64,000 bases of DNA, from positions 175,892 through 239,891 of the forward strand of contig DKAJ01000003.1 of the NCBI GenBank assembly GCA_002448815.1, read 5' to 3'. The position numbers were made by a program, and so were the translations under genes. This document shows, one piece after another, positions 1 to 10,577 of the stretch. The notes under the pieces were generated by a model. It worked only from the letters and a program-made list of their open reading frames with translations. It was not told the origin of the DNA and did not search any database. Each line of letters opens with the position of its first letter. Within the stretch, counting starts at the first letter, position 1. The DNA is from Micavibrio sp. UBA6929 (GTDB lineage Bacteria > Pseudomonadota > Alphaproteobacteria > Micavibrionales > Micavibrionaceae).

Positions 1-1
1 G

Positions 2-394
2 GGTGTAGTGAATGTTGTTTACCGCCTGTTTGATCATGTGAAGCCTGATGTGGCTGTTTTTGGTGAAAAAGATTTTCAGCAATTACAGGTGATTTCTGAG
101 ATGGTCGCGGCGCAGTCATTGCCGATTACGATTGTTGGCGCGCCGATTGCGCGTGATCCATCTGGTCTTGCGCTATCTTCGCGCAATGCGTATCTGAGCG
201 AGGATGAACTGGTCGTTGCGCGTCAGTTGAACGTGATTTTGCGGCGCGTTGCATCAGGCGATATTGATGAGGCGCAAGCCAGTGAGGCGTTGATTGAGGC
301 AGGTTTTGCCAAGGTTGATTATGTCGCGCAGCGCTGGGGGCGCGTACTGGGCGCGGCTTGGCTGGGTAAGACGCGTTTGATTGATAATCTTTGA
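2..394 (+). CDS. panC: pantoate--beta-alanine ligase, C-terminal part (5' end cut by window edge)
   Basis: The frame is open from the window edge. VAVFGEKDFQQLQVI and GLALSSRNAYL match the conserved C-terminal half of PanC. Confidence 0.9.
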   Translation, partial: GVVNVVYRLFDHVKPDVAVFGEKDFQQLQVISEMVAAQSLPITIVGAPIARDPSGLALSSRNAYLSEDELVVARQLNVILRRVASGDIDEAQASEALIEAGFAKVDYVAQRWGRVLGAAWLGKTRLIDNL

Positions 395-652
395 TTCTTT
401 TTGATTCGTTTTTCCTTCGTATTCCAAATTTTTGTTTCATAAAAAAAACGTTTCCCATAAATTTAATTGATCTTTATCGGCTATGTTGTTGTTTGTTTTG
501 TCTTTTTTTCTTGAGGGGCTAAGGGATTCTTTTTGCTTGGTTTTTAAGGTATACTGATTTGGTTACATTTTGGTTTGGGGCGTTAAGATTACAGTAAGTA
601 ATTTCATGTATTCTGTTTCAATGGGAGCAGGCCTTTCCAAAATTTTAAGCCG

Positions 653-3600
653 ATGAGTGTGAGGATACCGACAATCGTGAGTGAAGAATATCAAACAACT
701 TTAAATACTGATTTACCGCCTGGTTGCGGGTGTGCGGCCTGCCGCGATACTGACGGCAGTAACGATCTTTACCTGTCTGATGGCTCCTCTTATACATCGG
801 AATATGCGGCAAGCTCGGGCGATCCTGAGGCTGCGTCTACGGTTACGGATGCCAATACATTGATCGATGGACGCGAATGGGGTGAAGGCGGCGGCGTTGG
901 CGTTGAGATTACCTTTAGTTTCCCATCGTCTACGCCATCGTATTATTCTGGTGGAGCAACCGAGCAAACGAATTTTCAGGCATTTACTTCAGCGATGCAA
1001 TCGGCCACGCGCGCGATTTTCGATATGATTGAAAGCTTTACCGATTTGACCTTTACGGAAACGACAGGTGAAAACGGTGATATTACTTTAGCACAGGCGC
1101 AACTAGACGAAGGCGTTGGTGCATGGGCATATTATCCGGATCAAGGTGATTTCAGTGGTGATGTTTGGACAAATACGCGTTATGCGTCAGATACGCAGGA
1201 TGTTACGCTGGGTGATTATGGCTTTTATACGTTGATGCATGAAATTGGCCATGCGCTCGGGCTGCAGCATTCATTTGATGCAGGGCTGACTGGCGCCGAA
1301 AATACCGAGCAATACACCGTGATGGCTTATGACTGGTCAACGTGGGGCAGTGTCTATGCGCAAAGTTATATGCTCTATGATATTGCGGCGTTGCAAACAT
1401 TGTATGGGTCTAATGATGCGTATAATACAGGGGACACCACATATACGCTTGAGGCGGATGTTGCGCAGACAATTTGGGATGCTGGCGGAACAGATACGCT
1501 GGATGCTACGGGGATTAGCGGCGCAGTGACGATTGATCTGGACGCGGGTGATTATAGTTCGGTTGGTATGACCGATAACTTGGCGATTGCCTATGGCGTT
1601 GAAATTGAAAATGCGATTACTGGGGCGGGCAATGATACAATTTATACCAATGCCTATGATAACAATATTCAATCGGGTAATGGTGCAGATACAATTTATG
1701 GATCGGCTGGTGACGATATCCTGGATGGTCAAGGTGGTTCATCCGACACGGTGAATTACAGTTATAGTTTATCCGATTTTATTTTTACGTTCGTTAATGC
1801 ATCGCAAGTGAATTTGCTTCATACCTCGGAGGGGTGGGGCGATATTTTGTATAATTTTGAGACATATGTCTTTAATGGATCGTCTTATACACGTTCGGAA
1901 CTGCAGGCCAGTGCGACAACGGGTTCACTGGATTCGATTGATGTGCGTTTTGAATGGAATGGCGGCAGTGACCGCTATACTTATCGCGGGGATCAGGTCG
2001 AAAGTGTTGCGTTTTCAGGAACGCAATTGGGCTATAACGGTGGATCGAGTGATCTGTTGAGCTTTGACCGCAGTGGAAGTGGCCTTGATGTGACATTTGG
2101 TAATAGTGATGCGCCGTCTGTTGTGCGTTTGACGGGGACGTCTTCGGGTGAAACAATTAATTTAACAGGCACTGTTAGCGGGTATAGTTCGTTTGTATAT
2201 CTGGGGGATGGTGATGATACGCTGAATGCCAGCGTTGCAGGAAATAATCAGCTTTATGGTGAAGGCGGCGCGGATACGATTAATGGGTCATCTGGCGCGG
2301 ATCGTATCTTTGGCGGCGCAGGCGGGGATACATTAACTGGTAATGCTGGCGCAGATCGCATTTGGGGCGGTGATGATAACGATACTTTGTATGGTAGCGC
2401 CGGCAATGATGAGCTATATGGCGATGGCGGTAATGATATCCTAAACGGCGGTGATGATGATGATACGCTGTTTGGTGGTAGTGGTTTAGATACGCTTAAT
2501 GGCGATGATGGCAGTGATATTTTGCACGGTGAATTGGGCGTGGATACGCTTAATGGTGGTGCAGGCGATGATAGTCTTTATGGTGGCGATGGTGATGACA
2601 TTTTAAATGGTGATGCGGGCAGTGATGTGATCTTTGGCCATGCTGGAGATGATACCATTAATGGCGGTGATGATGATGATACGCTGTATGGTCTTGATGA
2701 CAATGACACCATTAATGGCGATGCAGGCGTAGACCGCCTGTATGGCGGCGTCGGTGATGACATTATGGATGGCGGCACTGAAGATGATCGTTTGTGGGGT
2801 GGTCTTGGTGGAGACACACTTAGCGGCGGCACGGGTGACGATCTGCTTTATGGTGAAGACGGTATTGATACACTCAATGGCGATGCGGGGAATGACGTTC
2901 TATTTGGCGGTATTGATGGCGATACGCTTAACGGCGGTGCGGACAATGATATTCTCTACGGCGAAGATGGTGATGATACGTTGAACGGCGGTTTAGGTGA
3001 GGATAGACTGTTTGGGGCTGATGGTGCGGACACGATGAATGGTGATGCAGGCAGTGATATTCTTTATGGCGGTGCCGGCGCGGATATCATGGATGGCGGC
3101 GATGATAATGATCGCTTGTGGGGCGGTCTTGCAGGGGACACAGTAAGTGGCGGCGCAGGTAATGATTACCTTTATGGCGAGGATGGTGTTGATACGCTGA
3201 ACGGGGATGCTGGCGATGATGTTCTATTTGGCGGCATTGATGGCGATACGCTCAATGGTGGGGATGATAATGATATCCTCTATGGTGAAGACGGTGATGA
3301 TACGCTGAACGGTGATGCGGGCAGTGATAAAATTTTTGGCGGCGCAGGTATCGACACGGCAGATGGTGGTGCAGGTAATGACCGCATTTATGGTGATGCG
3401 GGGAATGATGTTTTATCTGGCGGCGCGGGTGATGATATCCTTTATGGTGGCGTGGATGATGATACGCTCAATGGCGGTGATGATAATGATATCCTCTACG
3501 GTGAAGATGGTATTGATACGATCAATGGTGATGCAGGGGATGATATTCTTTATGGCGGCATAGGGTCGGATATCATGGATGGCGGCGACGATAATGATGT

Positions 3601-4159
3601 TCTGTACGGCGATGGCGGCGGAGATGAACTTCGCGGCGGCGCGGGGAATGATTATCTGTATGGCGGCGGCGGCCTCGATGATTTGTATGGCGGTGATGGT
3701 GATGATTATCTGTTTGGCGAAAATAATCCAGATGCGCTTTATGGTGGGGCGGGGTCTGACCGCCTTTATGGAGGAAGCTCGTCGGACTTTTTACATGGTG
3801 GTGCAGGCATAGATTTCTTATCTGGCGGCAGTCACGCGGATACATATTATTTTGATGCGCTTGATGGGTCTGTTGACCGGATTTTGGATTTTACACGAGG
3901 ATCTGGATCGAGCGGTGATATCATTAACATTACCGATTTGTTGACGGGCTTTGATACGGGTAGTGATGATATTAATGACTTTGTTCAGTTGGTTTATTAC
4001 TCGTCTGTGCGTACGGATATTATGGTTGATGCAGATGGGGCAGGGGGCGATTGGGTGACCTTTGCGATGATGCGCGAGGACTGGAGCGGCGTTACTGTGG
4101 ATCAGCTTTATGCCGATGGTAATTTGGTCGTTGATAATTCGATAGTGATCCCTGTTTAA
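653..4159 (+). CDS. serralysin-family (M10B-like) zinc metalloprotease fused to a very long RTX calcium-binding repeat region; predicted type I secretion substrate
   Basis: HEIGHALGLQH (HEXXHXXGXXH, nt ~1238-1270) is followed by a Met-turn-like YTVMAY. About 550 aa of GGxGxD nonapeptides follow. The acidic C-terminal domain has no Cys and ends ...VVDNSIVIPV. There is no N-terminal signal peptide. Confidence 0.85.
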   Translation: MSVRIPTIVSEEYQTTLNTDLPPGCGCAACRDTDGSNDLYLSDGSSYTSEYAASSGDPEAASTVTDANTLIDGREWGEGGGVGVEITFSFPSSTPSYYSGGATEQTNFQAFTSAMQSATRAIFDMIESFTDLTFTETTGENGDITLAQAQLDEGVGAWAYYPDQGDFSGDVWTNTRYASDTQDVTLGDYGFYTLMHEIGHALGLQHSFDAGLTGAENTEQYTVMAYDWSTWGSVYAQSYMLYDIAALQTLYGSNDAYNTGDTTYTLEADVAQTIWDAGGTDTLDATGISGAVTIDLDAGDYSSVGMTDNLAIAYGVEIENAITGAGNDTIYTNAYDNNIQSGNGADTIYGSAGDDILDGQGGSSDTVNYSYSLSDFIFTFVNASQVNLLHTSEGWGDILYNFETYVFNGSSYTRSELQASATTGSLDSIDVRFEWNGGSDRYTYRGDQVESVAFSGTQLGYNGGSSDLLSFDRSGSGLDVTFGNSDAPSVVRLTGTSSGETINLTGTVSGYSSFVYLGDGDDTLNASVAGNNQLYGEGGADTINGSSGADRIFGGAGGDTLTGNAGADRIWGGDDNDTLYGSAGNDELYGDGGNDILNGGDDDDTLFGGSGLDTLNGDDGSDILHGELGVDTLNGGAGDDSLYGGDGDDILNGDAGSDVIFGHAGDDTINGGDDDDTLYGLDDNDTINGDAGVDRLYGGVGDDIMDGGTEDDRLWGGLGGDTLSGGTGDDLLYGEDGIDTLNGDAGNDVLFGGIDGDTLNGGADNDILYGEDGDDTLNGGLGEDRLFGADGADTMNGDAGSDILYGGAGADIMDGGDDNDRLWGGLAGDTVSGGAGNDYLYGEDGVDTLNGDAGDDVLFGGIDGDTLNGGDDNDILYGEDGDDTLNGDAGSDKIFGGAGIDTADGGAGNDRIYGDAGNDVLSGGAGDDILYGGVDDDTLNGGDDNDILYGEDGIDTINGDAGDDILYGGIGSDIMDGGDDNDVLYGDGGGDELRGGAGNDYLYGGGGLDDLYGGDGDDYLFGENNPDALYGGAGSDRLYGGSSSDFLHGGAGIDFLSGGSHADTYYFDALDGSVDRILDFTRGSGSSGDIINITDLLTGFDTGSDDINDFVQLVYYSSVRTDIMVDADGAGGDWVTFAMMREDWSGVTVDQLYADGNLVVDNSIVIPV
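2250..3840 (+). repeat. RTX nonapeptide (GGxGxDxUx) coding array with a higher-order 324-nt period
   Basis: The 27-nt coding periodicity is continuous. DGGTEDDRLWGGLGGDTLSGG (nt 2768) recurs as DGGDDNDRLWGGLAGDTVSGG (nt 3092), a spacing of 324 nt or 12 nonapeptides. Confidence 0.85.
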
Positions 4160-4162
4160 TCT

Positions 4163-5773
4163 TTAGGCGTTTTCTCTTTCAAAATAAGTGATGTTGATAT
4201 CGCTGCCTGTAGCGGTGTTTTGACCGATAGCTGGTGTAGAAGAGCCGTTTCCGCGTTCATGTTGTAGGGGCAATGCGCCTGAACCATGTACTGTGTTTAT
4301 GGCGGTGCCGTCTAGGTCTTCGATTTTTATGCTGACATCTTTTGAGCTGCTGGTGTTGTTGACATGTATGTCGTGAAAGTAAAAGCCATTGAGGGCAGTT
4401 CCGATGATGGCATAGTTGCTGCAATCGCCATAAATGTGGTGACAGTAAGATTGGCTATTTATGGCTAAATTTGTGTCGGTAACAAGGCTCCAACTGCTTT
4501 CATCCCATTGCTTGAAAAAGTCGGCAATTTGCCCTGTGCAGTTTTCGGCTACGCAGTATTCAATTGAACAGTTTTCGATGACTGAGATATGCTCGAAAGC
4601 ATCTTCTGTACATTCGGTAACGTAGCAATACCGAAAGGCAGTGTTTTTCGCGCGCGCGGATTCTAAGCATTCATTGCCTGCGCCTGAGCCGCTTTGTTTG
4701 GTCATTTTTAAATATTGCACGGTTGTGTTTTCAATTTTAATCGTGCTGTCGGTATCATCGCTGATTAGGTAGATTAAGCGATATCCGCTGCCGGTGCTGG
4801 CGTTATGGTGGACGGTGCCGTGCTGTATGGTTGTGCCGTTTAGGGCGCTGAGTAAAATGGCTTCTTGCGCTGTATTTTGAATATCGAAATAGGTCACGAT
4901 TATGGATTTTTGCGCGGCGGGTGCGATGGTATCTGACATCATGTGCGCCATGCCGCCATTGATTTTTATGTGAGAGAAGGTAGATCCGTCCTGACATGCG
5001 ATGATTTGGAAGAGACTGTCGATTGTGACGGGCGTCATGCTTGCCTGATTTTCAATATGGGCGGCGTTGATTATTAAATCAGGGCTGTTAAAGAAAAAGA
5101 CGTCACAGCCTGATGCCCAATTTGTGCTGTTATTGCTAATATAAATATTTGTGAGTGTCAGTGAGCCTTGCGCAGTTGTCGCCGTGACATAGCCTGCGTA
5201 TGAATTGCACCCTGATAGTTCACATTCTTTTAGTGTGATATGTCCGCTTGTGTGTAAGAAGAGCTCTCCATTGGCGGCAGTGTTGTAAAACAAGCAGTGT
5301 TCGAATGTGATTGTGCCGCTTCCCCATGTGTCGAACCATAAATTTTGTGATGTCCAATCGTAAAAGCGGCAATTTATAAACTTCACGTGATAATTCGCAT
5401 CTGGATCATTAAAGCGCAGCGCCCAGTTGATGCTTTGCTGTCCATCATAATTAAGGTTTTCAATGATATAGGGGGCGGCCTGTGTGCCGCTGCTGGCTAG
5501 GTTTTGGATGTGCGTTTCGGATGTGATGTGCGTTTTTGATGCGGTGATCAGGATTGTGTCATCGATCAGGCCAGGTGTGATACCTGTTTCGATGCCTGCG
5601 ATCTCGCCAGCGGGGATGCCTGCTTGCGCCTTGATATTATGGGCGAGGCTTTGATTGCGATAGTGATAGGGCAGCGCGTCCTTTAACGGGAAGGGAGCGC
5701 GCAGGGAAAGTTGTAATTTATCATATGCAGGCACGCGCATAGGTGCCTGTGCACAATTGAGTGACAGTCTCAT
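4163..5773 (-). CDS. hypothetical right-handed parallel beta-helix (PbH1-like) protein, possible glycan-modifying or depolymerising enzyme
   Basis: 536-aa ORF with recurring ~22-25-aa segments rich in N/G/C/I/T (NCRFYD..., FEHCLFYN..., LKECELSGCN..., IENCSIEYCVAENC...), typical of pectate-lyase-fold repeats. It lies next to wzy/wzx. I see no obvious signal peptide. Confidence 0.5.
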   Translation of the reverse strand: MRLSLNCAQAPMRVPAYDKLQLSLRAPFPLKDALPYHYRNQSLAHNIKAQAGIPAGEIAGIETGITPGLIDDTILITASKTHITSETHIQNLASSGTQAAPYIIENLNYDGQQSINWALRFNDPDANYHVKFINCRFYDWTSQNLWFDTWGSGTITFEHCLFYNTAANGELFLHTSGHITLKECELSGCNSYAGYVTATTAQGSLTLTNIYISNNSTNWASGCDVFFFNSPDLIINAAHIENQASMTPVTIDSLFQIIACQDGSTFSHIKINGGMAHMMSDTIAPAAQKSIIVTYFDIQNTAQEAILLSALNGTTIQHGTVHHNASTGSGYRLIYLISDDTDSTIKIENTTVQYLKMTKQSGSGAGNECLESARAKNTAFRYCYVTECTEDAFEHISVIENCSIEYCVAENCTGQIADFFKQWDESSWSLVTDTNLAINSQSYCHHIYGDCSNYAIIGTALNGFYFHDIHVNNTSSSKDVSIKIEDLDGTAINTVHGSGALPLQHERGNGSSTPAIGQNTATGSDINITYFERENA

Positions 5774-5852
5774 GGTGTTTCCTTTGAAAAATATGCTAAT
5801 AATGGGAATATAGTTTAAGGAATATAATCCTAAATCGGTACGTTTGTCAAGG

Positions 5853-7157
5853 TTAAACTTCGTTGCGTACGGTCGGGGTCAGTAGTCTGCCCCATCTTGC
5901 CTGCGTGAGGAATTGGAAGATAAACAATGGAATGACAAAGAAAATGTAATTGATGAAAATCCCGTTATTGATGCCCGTAGGGGAAACAACATACAAAATC
6001 AGAATATAAGAAATATACGTAGAAAATGGATCGCGCGTCATTTGGCTGTATTTGGCTTGTATTTGACGCAGCAGCCATCCTGTTAAAAAACCACCAGTTA
6101 TCACGCCCAGCCATCCAAAACTGGAAAACCATTGGTTATAGGCAAATACAGGCCAGCCCCCGCGGCTTCCAGGGAGGAGGCTTTCTTTGAAATCACCGCC
6201 TGCGGTAATTTGTACGGGTTTATCTGGCCATAAAAAGCGCGGCACAACGCCGGCAAGACCGTTGGCAAAAGTTTCGCCAGTTTCTTCGTCGTGGAGTGTT
6301 CCAAGTGTGTCGATAAAGATGAGGTTTCCATCCATCACGTCGAAATGCAGCGCGCCGTAAAGATAGCTAATTGGGTCTTTGATGCTGGCTTCTTTCACGA
6401 AGATGATGCGTGTGAATTGTAATGATAATACTAGAACGACCAGTGCAAGGCAGGTCAGTGATATAAATTGCATGGGCTTTTTCGTGGCGCACACCGCATA
6501 GGCAATCGCCATGAAGGCCAGTGGCCAAATGATAAACCCTTTACCGCCCATGATGAACGAGAAAAACAGGTTCAGGATCAAGAGCACGGCAATAAGGCCA
6601 ATGAATTTTGTGTCAATGTGCGCGCCGCGCCTTTTGCGTACGATTAGATCGACGATGTAGGCGCTGCTGAGTAGGGTGGCGAATTGGATGAATTTTTTAA
6701 GGACGTTCAGCCCTTCGTAAAAATCAAGGTTACGCACGAGGTTAATGGCTTCGAAGATATCGCCTGTTTGTTGAATGGGTATCCATGCCACGATAAAGGC
6801 GCAAATCGTTAAGGTGATAATGCCTGCAAGGATAAGGAGATCTGATTTTGGGGCGCTGTAATCCGGGAAGAGGGATTGTCCAAACCTAACGCGGTTGAAA
6901 ACAATATATCCAAGATAGGTAAAAACCATAAAGACCATAAAGATCAACGCCATTTCCACCATGGCCGAGCTATGGCGGACATTGTCGAAAAAGGCGCTTT
7001 CGCCGCTGAACCCGAAGAGATAAAAAATGCTTGGCAGGTGACGATAAGCAACAAAACACAGGAAAAAACCCATGGCGTCAAAGGGGCGTTTGGCAACGAC
7101 CAAAAAGCCGAAACCAACAACACATATCACCGTAATAAAGAGCATAATCTCATGCAT
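5853..7157 (-). CDS. polytopic membrane protein, Wzy-like repeat-unit polymerase candidate
   Basis: 434 aa with at least 10 hydrophobic segments and a larger hydrophilic loop (DGNLIFIDTLGTLHDEETGETFANG...). The coding DNA is AT-rich. It sits directly downstream of a Wzx-like gene. Confidence 0.5.
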   Translation of the reverse strand: MHEIMLFITVICVVGFGFLVVAKRPFDAMGFFLCFVAYRHLPSIFYLFGFSGESAFFDNVRHSSAMVEMALIFMVFMVFTYLGYIVFNRVRFGQSLFPDYSAPKSDLLILAGIITLTICAFIVAWIPIQQTGDIFEAINLVRNLDFYEGLNVLKKFIQFATLLSSAYIVDLIVRKRRGAHIDTKFIGLIAVLLILNLFFSFIMGGKGFIIWPLAFMAIAYAVCATKKPMQFISLTCLALVVLVLSLQFTRIIFVKEASIKDPISYLYGALHFDVMDGNLIFIDTLGTLHDEETGETFANGLAGVVPRFLWPDKPVQITAGGDFKESLLPGSRGGWPVFAYNQWFSSFGWLGVITGGFLTGWLLRQIQAKYSQMTRDPFSTYISYILILYVVSPTGINNGIFINYIFFVIPLFIFQFLTQARWGRLLTPTVRNEV

Positions 7158-7172
7158 GGTGGCATGATTTTA

Positions 7173-8621
7173 TCAACTTACTTTGTTTTTTATAAGGCTA
7201 AAGAAGTGTAAGACGGACTTTATGCGGATAAAAATGTAGGCGCAGCAGATGGCGGCGCAAGCACTGGCGGCGATAAGGGCGCTGGTGTTTGTATGGGTGA
7301 AGGCAATGATGGTGCACGTAGTCAATATCAGGGTGAGTATTTCTGGCCATGCGATCAGTGCGTATGTGTTTTTCTTTTTGATGATAGTTGTGATGCTGAG
7401 CATGGTAATCAGGACGGCAATGTTGGTTGCATACGCCGCGCCAATGCCTTGATATTCTGGCACAAGATATATAAACCCGATCAGCAATGTGACAAAACTG
7501 ACAGTATGGGTGATAAGTGCCCATCCAGCGTGGCCAGCCATGGCGATAAAGCCGCCCGCATCACCAAAGGCCGCGCGAAGAAGGCTCGCGATCGAAAGTA
7601 AAATGAGGATATCGTATGTTTGCTGTCCATAGTCACCGAACTGCGCGAGGACAGGTTTGCTGAAGAGGATAAATGCGATAATGCCACATAATGTCGCGCA
7701 GAGCATCAGCGCCTGATTGGTGCGATACTCATCGATAAGCGCCGTGCGGTTGTTTTGTTTTAGGTGCGCGCGAATACGCGGGGTCAATAATTGCACCAGT
7801 GCATTTTTCGGGATAAGCAATAATTGACCGAAGCGCGATGCAATCGCAAAGTCAGCGGTCAGCGCCGTGCTAGCCAGTGCGCCGGATAGGACGATAACTA
7901 AATTGCGCGTAGATTTATTAACCAGTTGACCAAATCCTGATTGGGCGGCGTATTTGACATCCCACGCGGAAAAGACGCGCCAGTTCAGCGATGGGCGCAG
8001 CGGCGTTTGAATATACAGCGCTGCAAATGGTATTAAGTACGATGCAATAAAGGCGCATCCAACCCACGTGAACAGATGACTTGAATGCGTGATAAAGCCA
8101 AGGCTGGCTAGTGCGGCAATGCGCAGGATAGAAGGCAATATCTCATTATAGAGCGTGAGCTTATCAATATTTTGTAAGGCGCGATGCCAGCTGGTGAGTA
8201 CCATATTGATGGTGAAGGCGGGGATGAAACCTGCCATGGCGGCGAACCATAGGCTTAGATCGGGTTTGTTGAAAAGGCCTGCCAAAAAGGGCGCGCCGAC
8301 AAAACACAGTATGCCGATTGCTGCGCTGATGACGCATGATAGCCCCATGCCAGCGCGCGCAATAGGGTGGGGGATGTCTGTTTTGGCTGTGCTTTCATCG
8401 CTTGGAACGTGATATAAAATGCAACTTTGGAACAGGGTTGATAAGGTTGCGGCGATAATCTGGTACAGCGAAAAGACAATCATGAACGCGCCAAAGTCGT
8501 CTTTGCTCATGATCAGGTTGAGTTGCCAAATTGTAATGACGCCCGATACTGCCAAAAAGATTTTGGCAATGCCCGCAAAGGCCGTGGATTTGAAATAGAG
8601 GTTACGAAGGGCGCTGGGCAT
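7173..8621 (-). CDS. MOP-superfamily polysaccharide flippase (Wzx-like)
   Basis: 482 aa with about 12-14 TM segments. The N-terminus (LRNLYFKSTAFAGIAKIFLAVSGVIT...) resembles polysaccharide biosynthesis protein family members. Glycan-locus context. Confidence 0.7.
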   Translation of the reverse strand: MPSALRNLYFKSTAFAGIAKIFLAVSGVITIWQLNLIMSKDDFGAFMIVFSLYQIIAATLSTLFQSCILYHVPSDESTAKTDIPHPIARAGMGLSCVISAAIGILCFVGAPFLAGLFNKPDLSLWFAAMAGFIPAFTINMVLTSWHRALQNIDKLTLYNEILPSILRIAALASLGFITHSSHLFTWVGCAFIASYLIPFAALYIQTPLRPSLNWRVFSAWDVKYAAQSGFGQLVNKSTRNLVIVLSGALASTALTADFAIASRFGQLLLIPKNALVQLLTPRIRAHLKQNNRTALIDEYRTNQALMLCATLCGIIAFILFSKPVLAQFGDYGQQTYDILILLSIASLLRAAFGDAGGFIAMAGHAGWALITHTVSFVTLLIGFIYLVPEYQGIGAAYATNIAVLITMLSITTIIKKKNTYALIAWPEILTLILTTCTIIAFTHTNTSALIAASACAAICCAYIFIRIKSVLHFFSLIKNKVS

Positions 8622-8733
8622 GTTTTGTATGGAGCGGGTCTATGTGTCTGTTGTTCGGGGGCTTTATTCTTTTCCTATTTTAAAATACAATGGTTTCAAA
8701 TACTAACGGAAAATTTAGGCCTTATCATTTTAT

Positions 8734-9633
8734 ATGCCCAGCAGGGAATCTTCGCAATTTGTACCTGACTTTTTAATCGCTGGCGCGACGCGCTGCGGCA
8801 CGACCAGTTTGCATGAAGCGCTGGCGGCGCATTCTGGTGTGTGCGTTCCGCGTAAAAAGGAAGTGAAGTATTTTTATGACGATGCGCAGTACAAGCGCGG
8901 CGGTGCATATTACGCAACACATTTTTCGCATCGTGAAGACGGGCAAATTTGTGGCGAGGTTTGTCCGCTTTATTTCGAAAAAGGATTTGTCTTAACGCAA
9001 GATGGTCCTTCGTCATGGGTGCCAGAAGATGACTGCGCCGCGCGCATTCATCGTGACTATCCTGATGTGTCGTTGTTGTTTAGTTTGCGTGATCCTATTC
9101 AGCGCGCGCATTCGATTTTTTGGAAGAATAAATGGCAAGGACGTGAAACGGCAGATGACTTTGCGCAAGCCGTAGATGAAGAATTAATCGGTAAACGCAA
9201 GCCAGAGGAAACGCCGTTTTGCTTTGTGTGGCGTAACCGTTATCACATTCATCTTGAGCGCTGGTTAGAGCTATTCCCCAAGGAACAGTTACATGTTTTG
9301 CTGTTTGAGGAGTGGGTTAAAAATCCGCAAATTGCGGTTGATGCGTTTCAATCTGTTATGGATTTGCCTGCTGATCCGCAGTGGGGGGCGCACTGCTTTG
9401 TCAAAAGCAATGAGGGTCGCAAGTTATCCCATCCTGCGCTGCGATCTATTTCTGCGATCGGGGATAAAATACCACTAGTGCGCAGCTTTACCAGGCGCTT
9501 TTTAACGCAGCCCGGATATCCGCCGATTGATCCGCATGTATATGCGCGCCTGCAAGAAGAGTTTCGTGAGGATGTTACATTTTTAGAAACATTCTTGGGG
9601 CGCGGAATTGATGTCTGGTTGAAGGGCGTGTAG
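8734..9633 (+). CDS. PAPS-dependent sulfotransferase
   Basis: 5'-PSB-like loop FLIAGATRCGTTSL and 3'-PB-like FSLRDPIQRAHS. Confidence 0.8.
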   Translation: MPSRESSQFVPDFLIAGATRCGTTSLHEALAAHSGVCVPRKKEVKYFYDDAQYKRGGAYYATHFSHREDGQICGEVCPLYFEKGFVLTQDGPSSWVPEDDCAARIHRDYPDVSLLFSLRDPIQRAHSIFWKNKWQGRETADDFAQAVDEELIGKRKPEETPFCFVWRNRYHIHLERWLELFPKEQLHVLLFEEWVKNPQIAVDAFQSVMDLPADPQWGAHCFVKSNEGRKLSHPALRSISAIGDKIPLVRSFTRRFLTQPGYPPIDPHVYARLQEEFREDVTFLETFLGRGIDVWLKGV

Positions 9634-9728
9634 TATATGTATATTCGGCGTTTTTCTTGGCGCTGATTTCTTTGTTTTGCCATGCATTCGCCAGGGCATT
9701 TTCTTTGCCGCATTAAGGGAAAATAGTC

Positions 9729-10577
9729 GTGAAAGACCGTGTAGAGTTTTTTTATTTAGGCCCGCCCAAAAGTGCCTCAACATGGACGTATTTCTGCCTT
9801 GCAGATCATCCTGAAATTAATGCTTCCTCGCGCGGGGAACCTTGCTTTTTCGATCAGCATTTTCATGAAGGTTTATCATGGTTTGATGGGTTGTATGATG
9901 CAGGCCATGATGGGGTGCGCATGGATTGTACGCCTGGATATATTTATAATATCAACGCGCTAGAGCGCATTAAGAATTATAACCCTGATGCGAGGCTTGC
10001 CTTTGCTTTGCGTCATCCGGTTGAGCGCACATTTTCGGCGTATTGGCATGTGCGCAAGCGCCGTGATGTTGTGTGGACATTGGATGAGGTTTTTGACAAT
10101 CATGCGGCGTGGCGCCTATGGGTTGATAGCAGTATGATATCGGCGGGCGTTGAATATTTGCTAGCGAATTTTCCGCGTGAGAATATTCACTTTTTCATGT
10201 TTGACGATTTGAAGGCACAAGGGCTTGAGACTGTTCAAAATCTTTACCGCTTTATTGGTGTGGATGACGGGTTTGTTCCGCCGTCCTTGACAAAGCGCAT
10301 TAATGTGGCTGCGCCGCGGCCAACATTGCAGCACAAGGTGCGCCATAAACTGGCCGGTGTTTTGATGGGTGATAAGCTGCACCAGCGTGATGCGCAATTT
10401 AATGGGTTTGAACGCTGGCTGTCGGGTAAGGGCGAGTATCTTGAGGGGATGAAGCCTGAACTGCGCGCGGCGCTATTGCAGGCGTTTCTTCCTGAAATTG
10501 ATAAGTTAGAGCGTCTTTTAAACGTCGATTTATCACACTGGCGGGGGCATAATGATGCTGAAAAAACTGGCGCTTAG
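9729..10577 (+). CDS. PAPS-dependent sulfotransferase (second, divergent copy)
   Basis: [13 protein letters not shown] (5'-PSB-like) and [14 protein letters not shown] (3'-PB-like). GTG start preceded by AAGGGA. Confidence 0.75.
   Translation: MKDRVEFFYLGPPKSASTWTYFCLADHPEINASSRGEPCFFDQHFHEGLSWFDGLYDAGHDGVRMDCTPGYIYNINALERIKNYNPDARLAFALRHPVERTFSAYWHVRKRRDVVWTLDEVFDNHAAWRLWVDSSMISAGVEYLLANFPRENIHFFMFDDLKAQGLETVQNLYRFIGVDDGFVPPSLTKRINVAAPRPTLQHKVRHKLAGVLMGDKLHQRDAQFNGFERWLSGKGEYLEGMKPELRAALLQAFLPEIDKLERLLNVDLSHWRGHNDAEKTGA

Noticed and set aside
395-652. The 258-nt T-rich region upstream of the RTX protease as an sRNA or riboswitch. It includes a TTGATTC direct repeat just after the panC stop.
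   Set aside because: I could not identify a convincing promoter, stable hairpin or known motif by eye. It is most simply a long AT-rich promoter/UTR region.
2250-3840. Regularly spaced short repeats that could look like a CRISPR array (the RTX region, and the Ser cassettes at 20.4, 21.3 and 22.9 kb).
   Set aside because: The 27-nt and ~39-42-nt periodicities are in-frame coding repeats inside long ORFs. There are no unique spacers, no leader and no cas genes.
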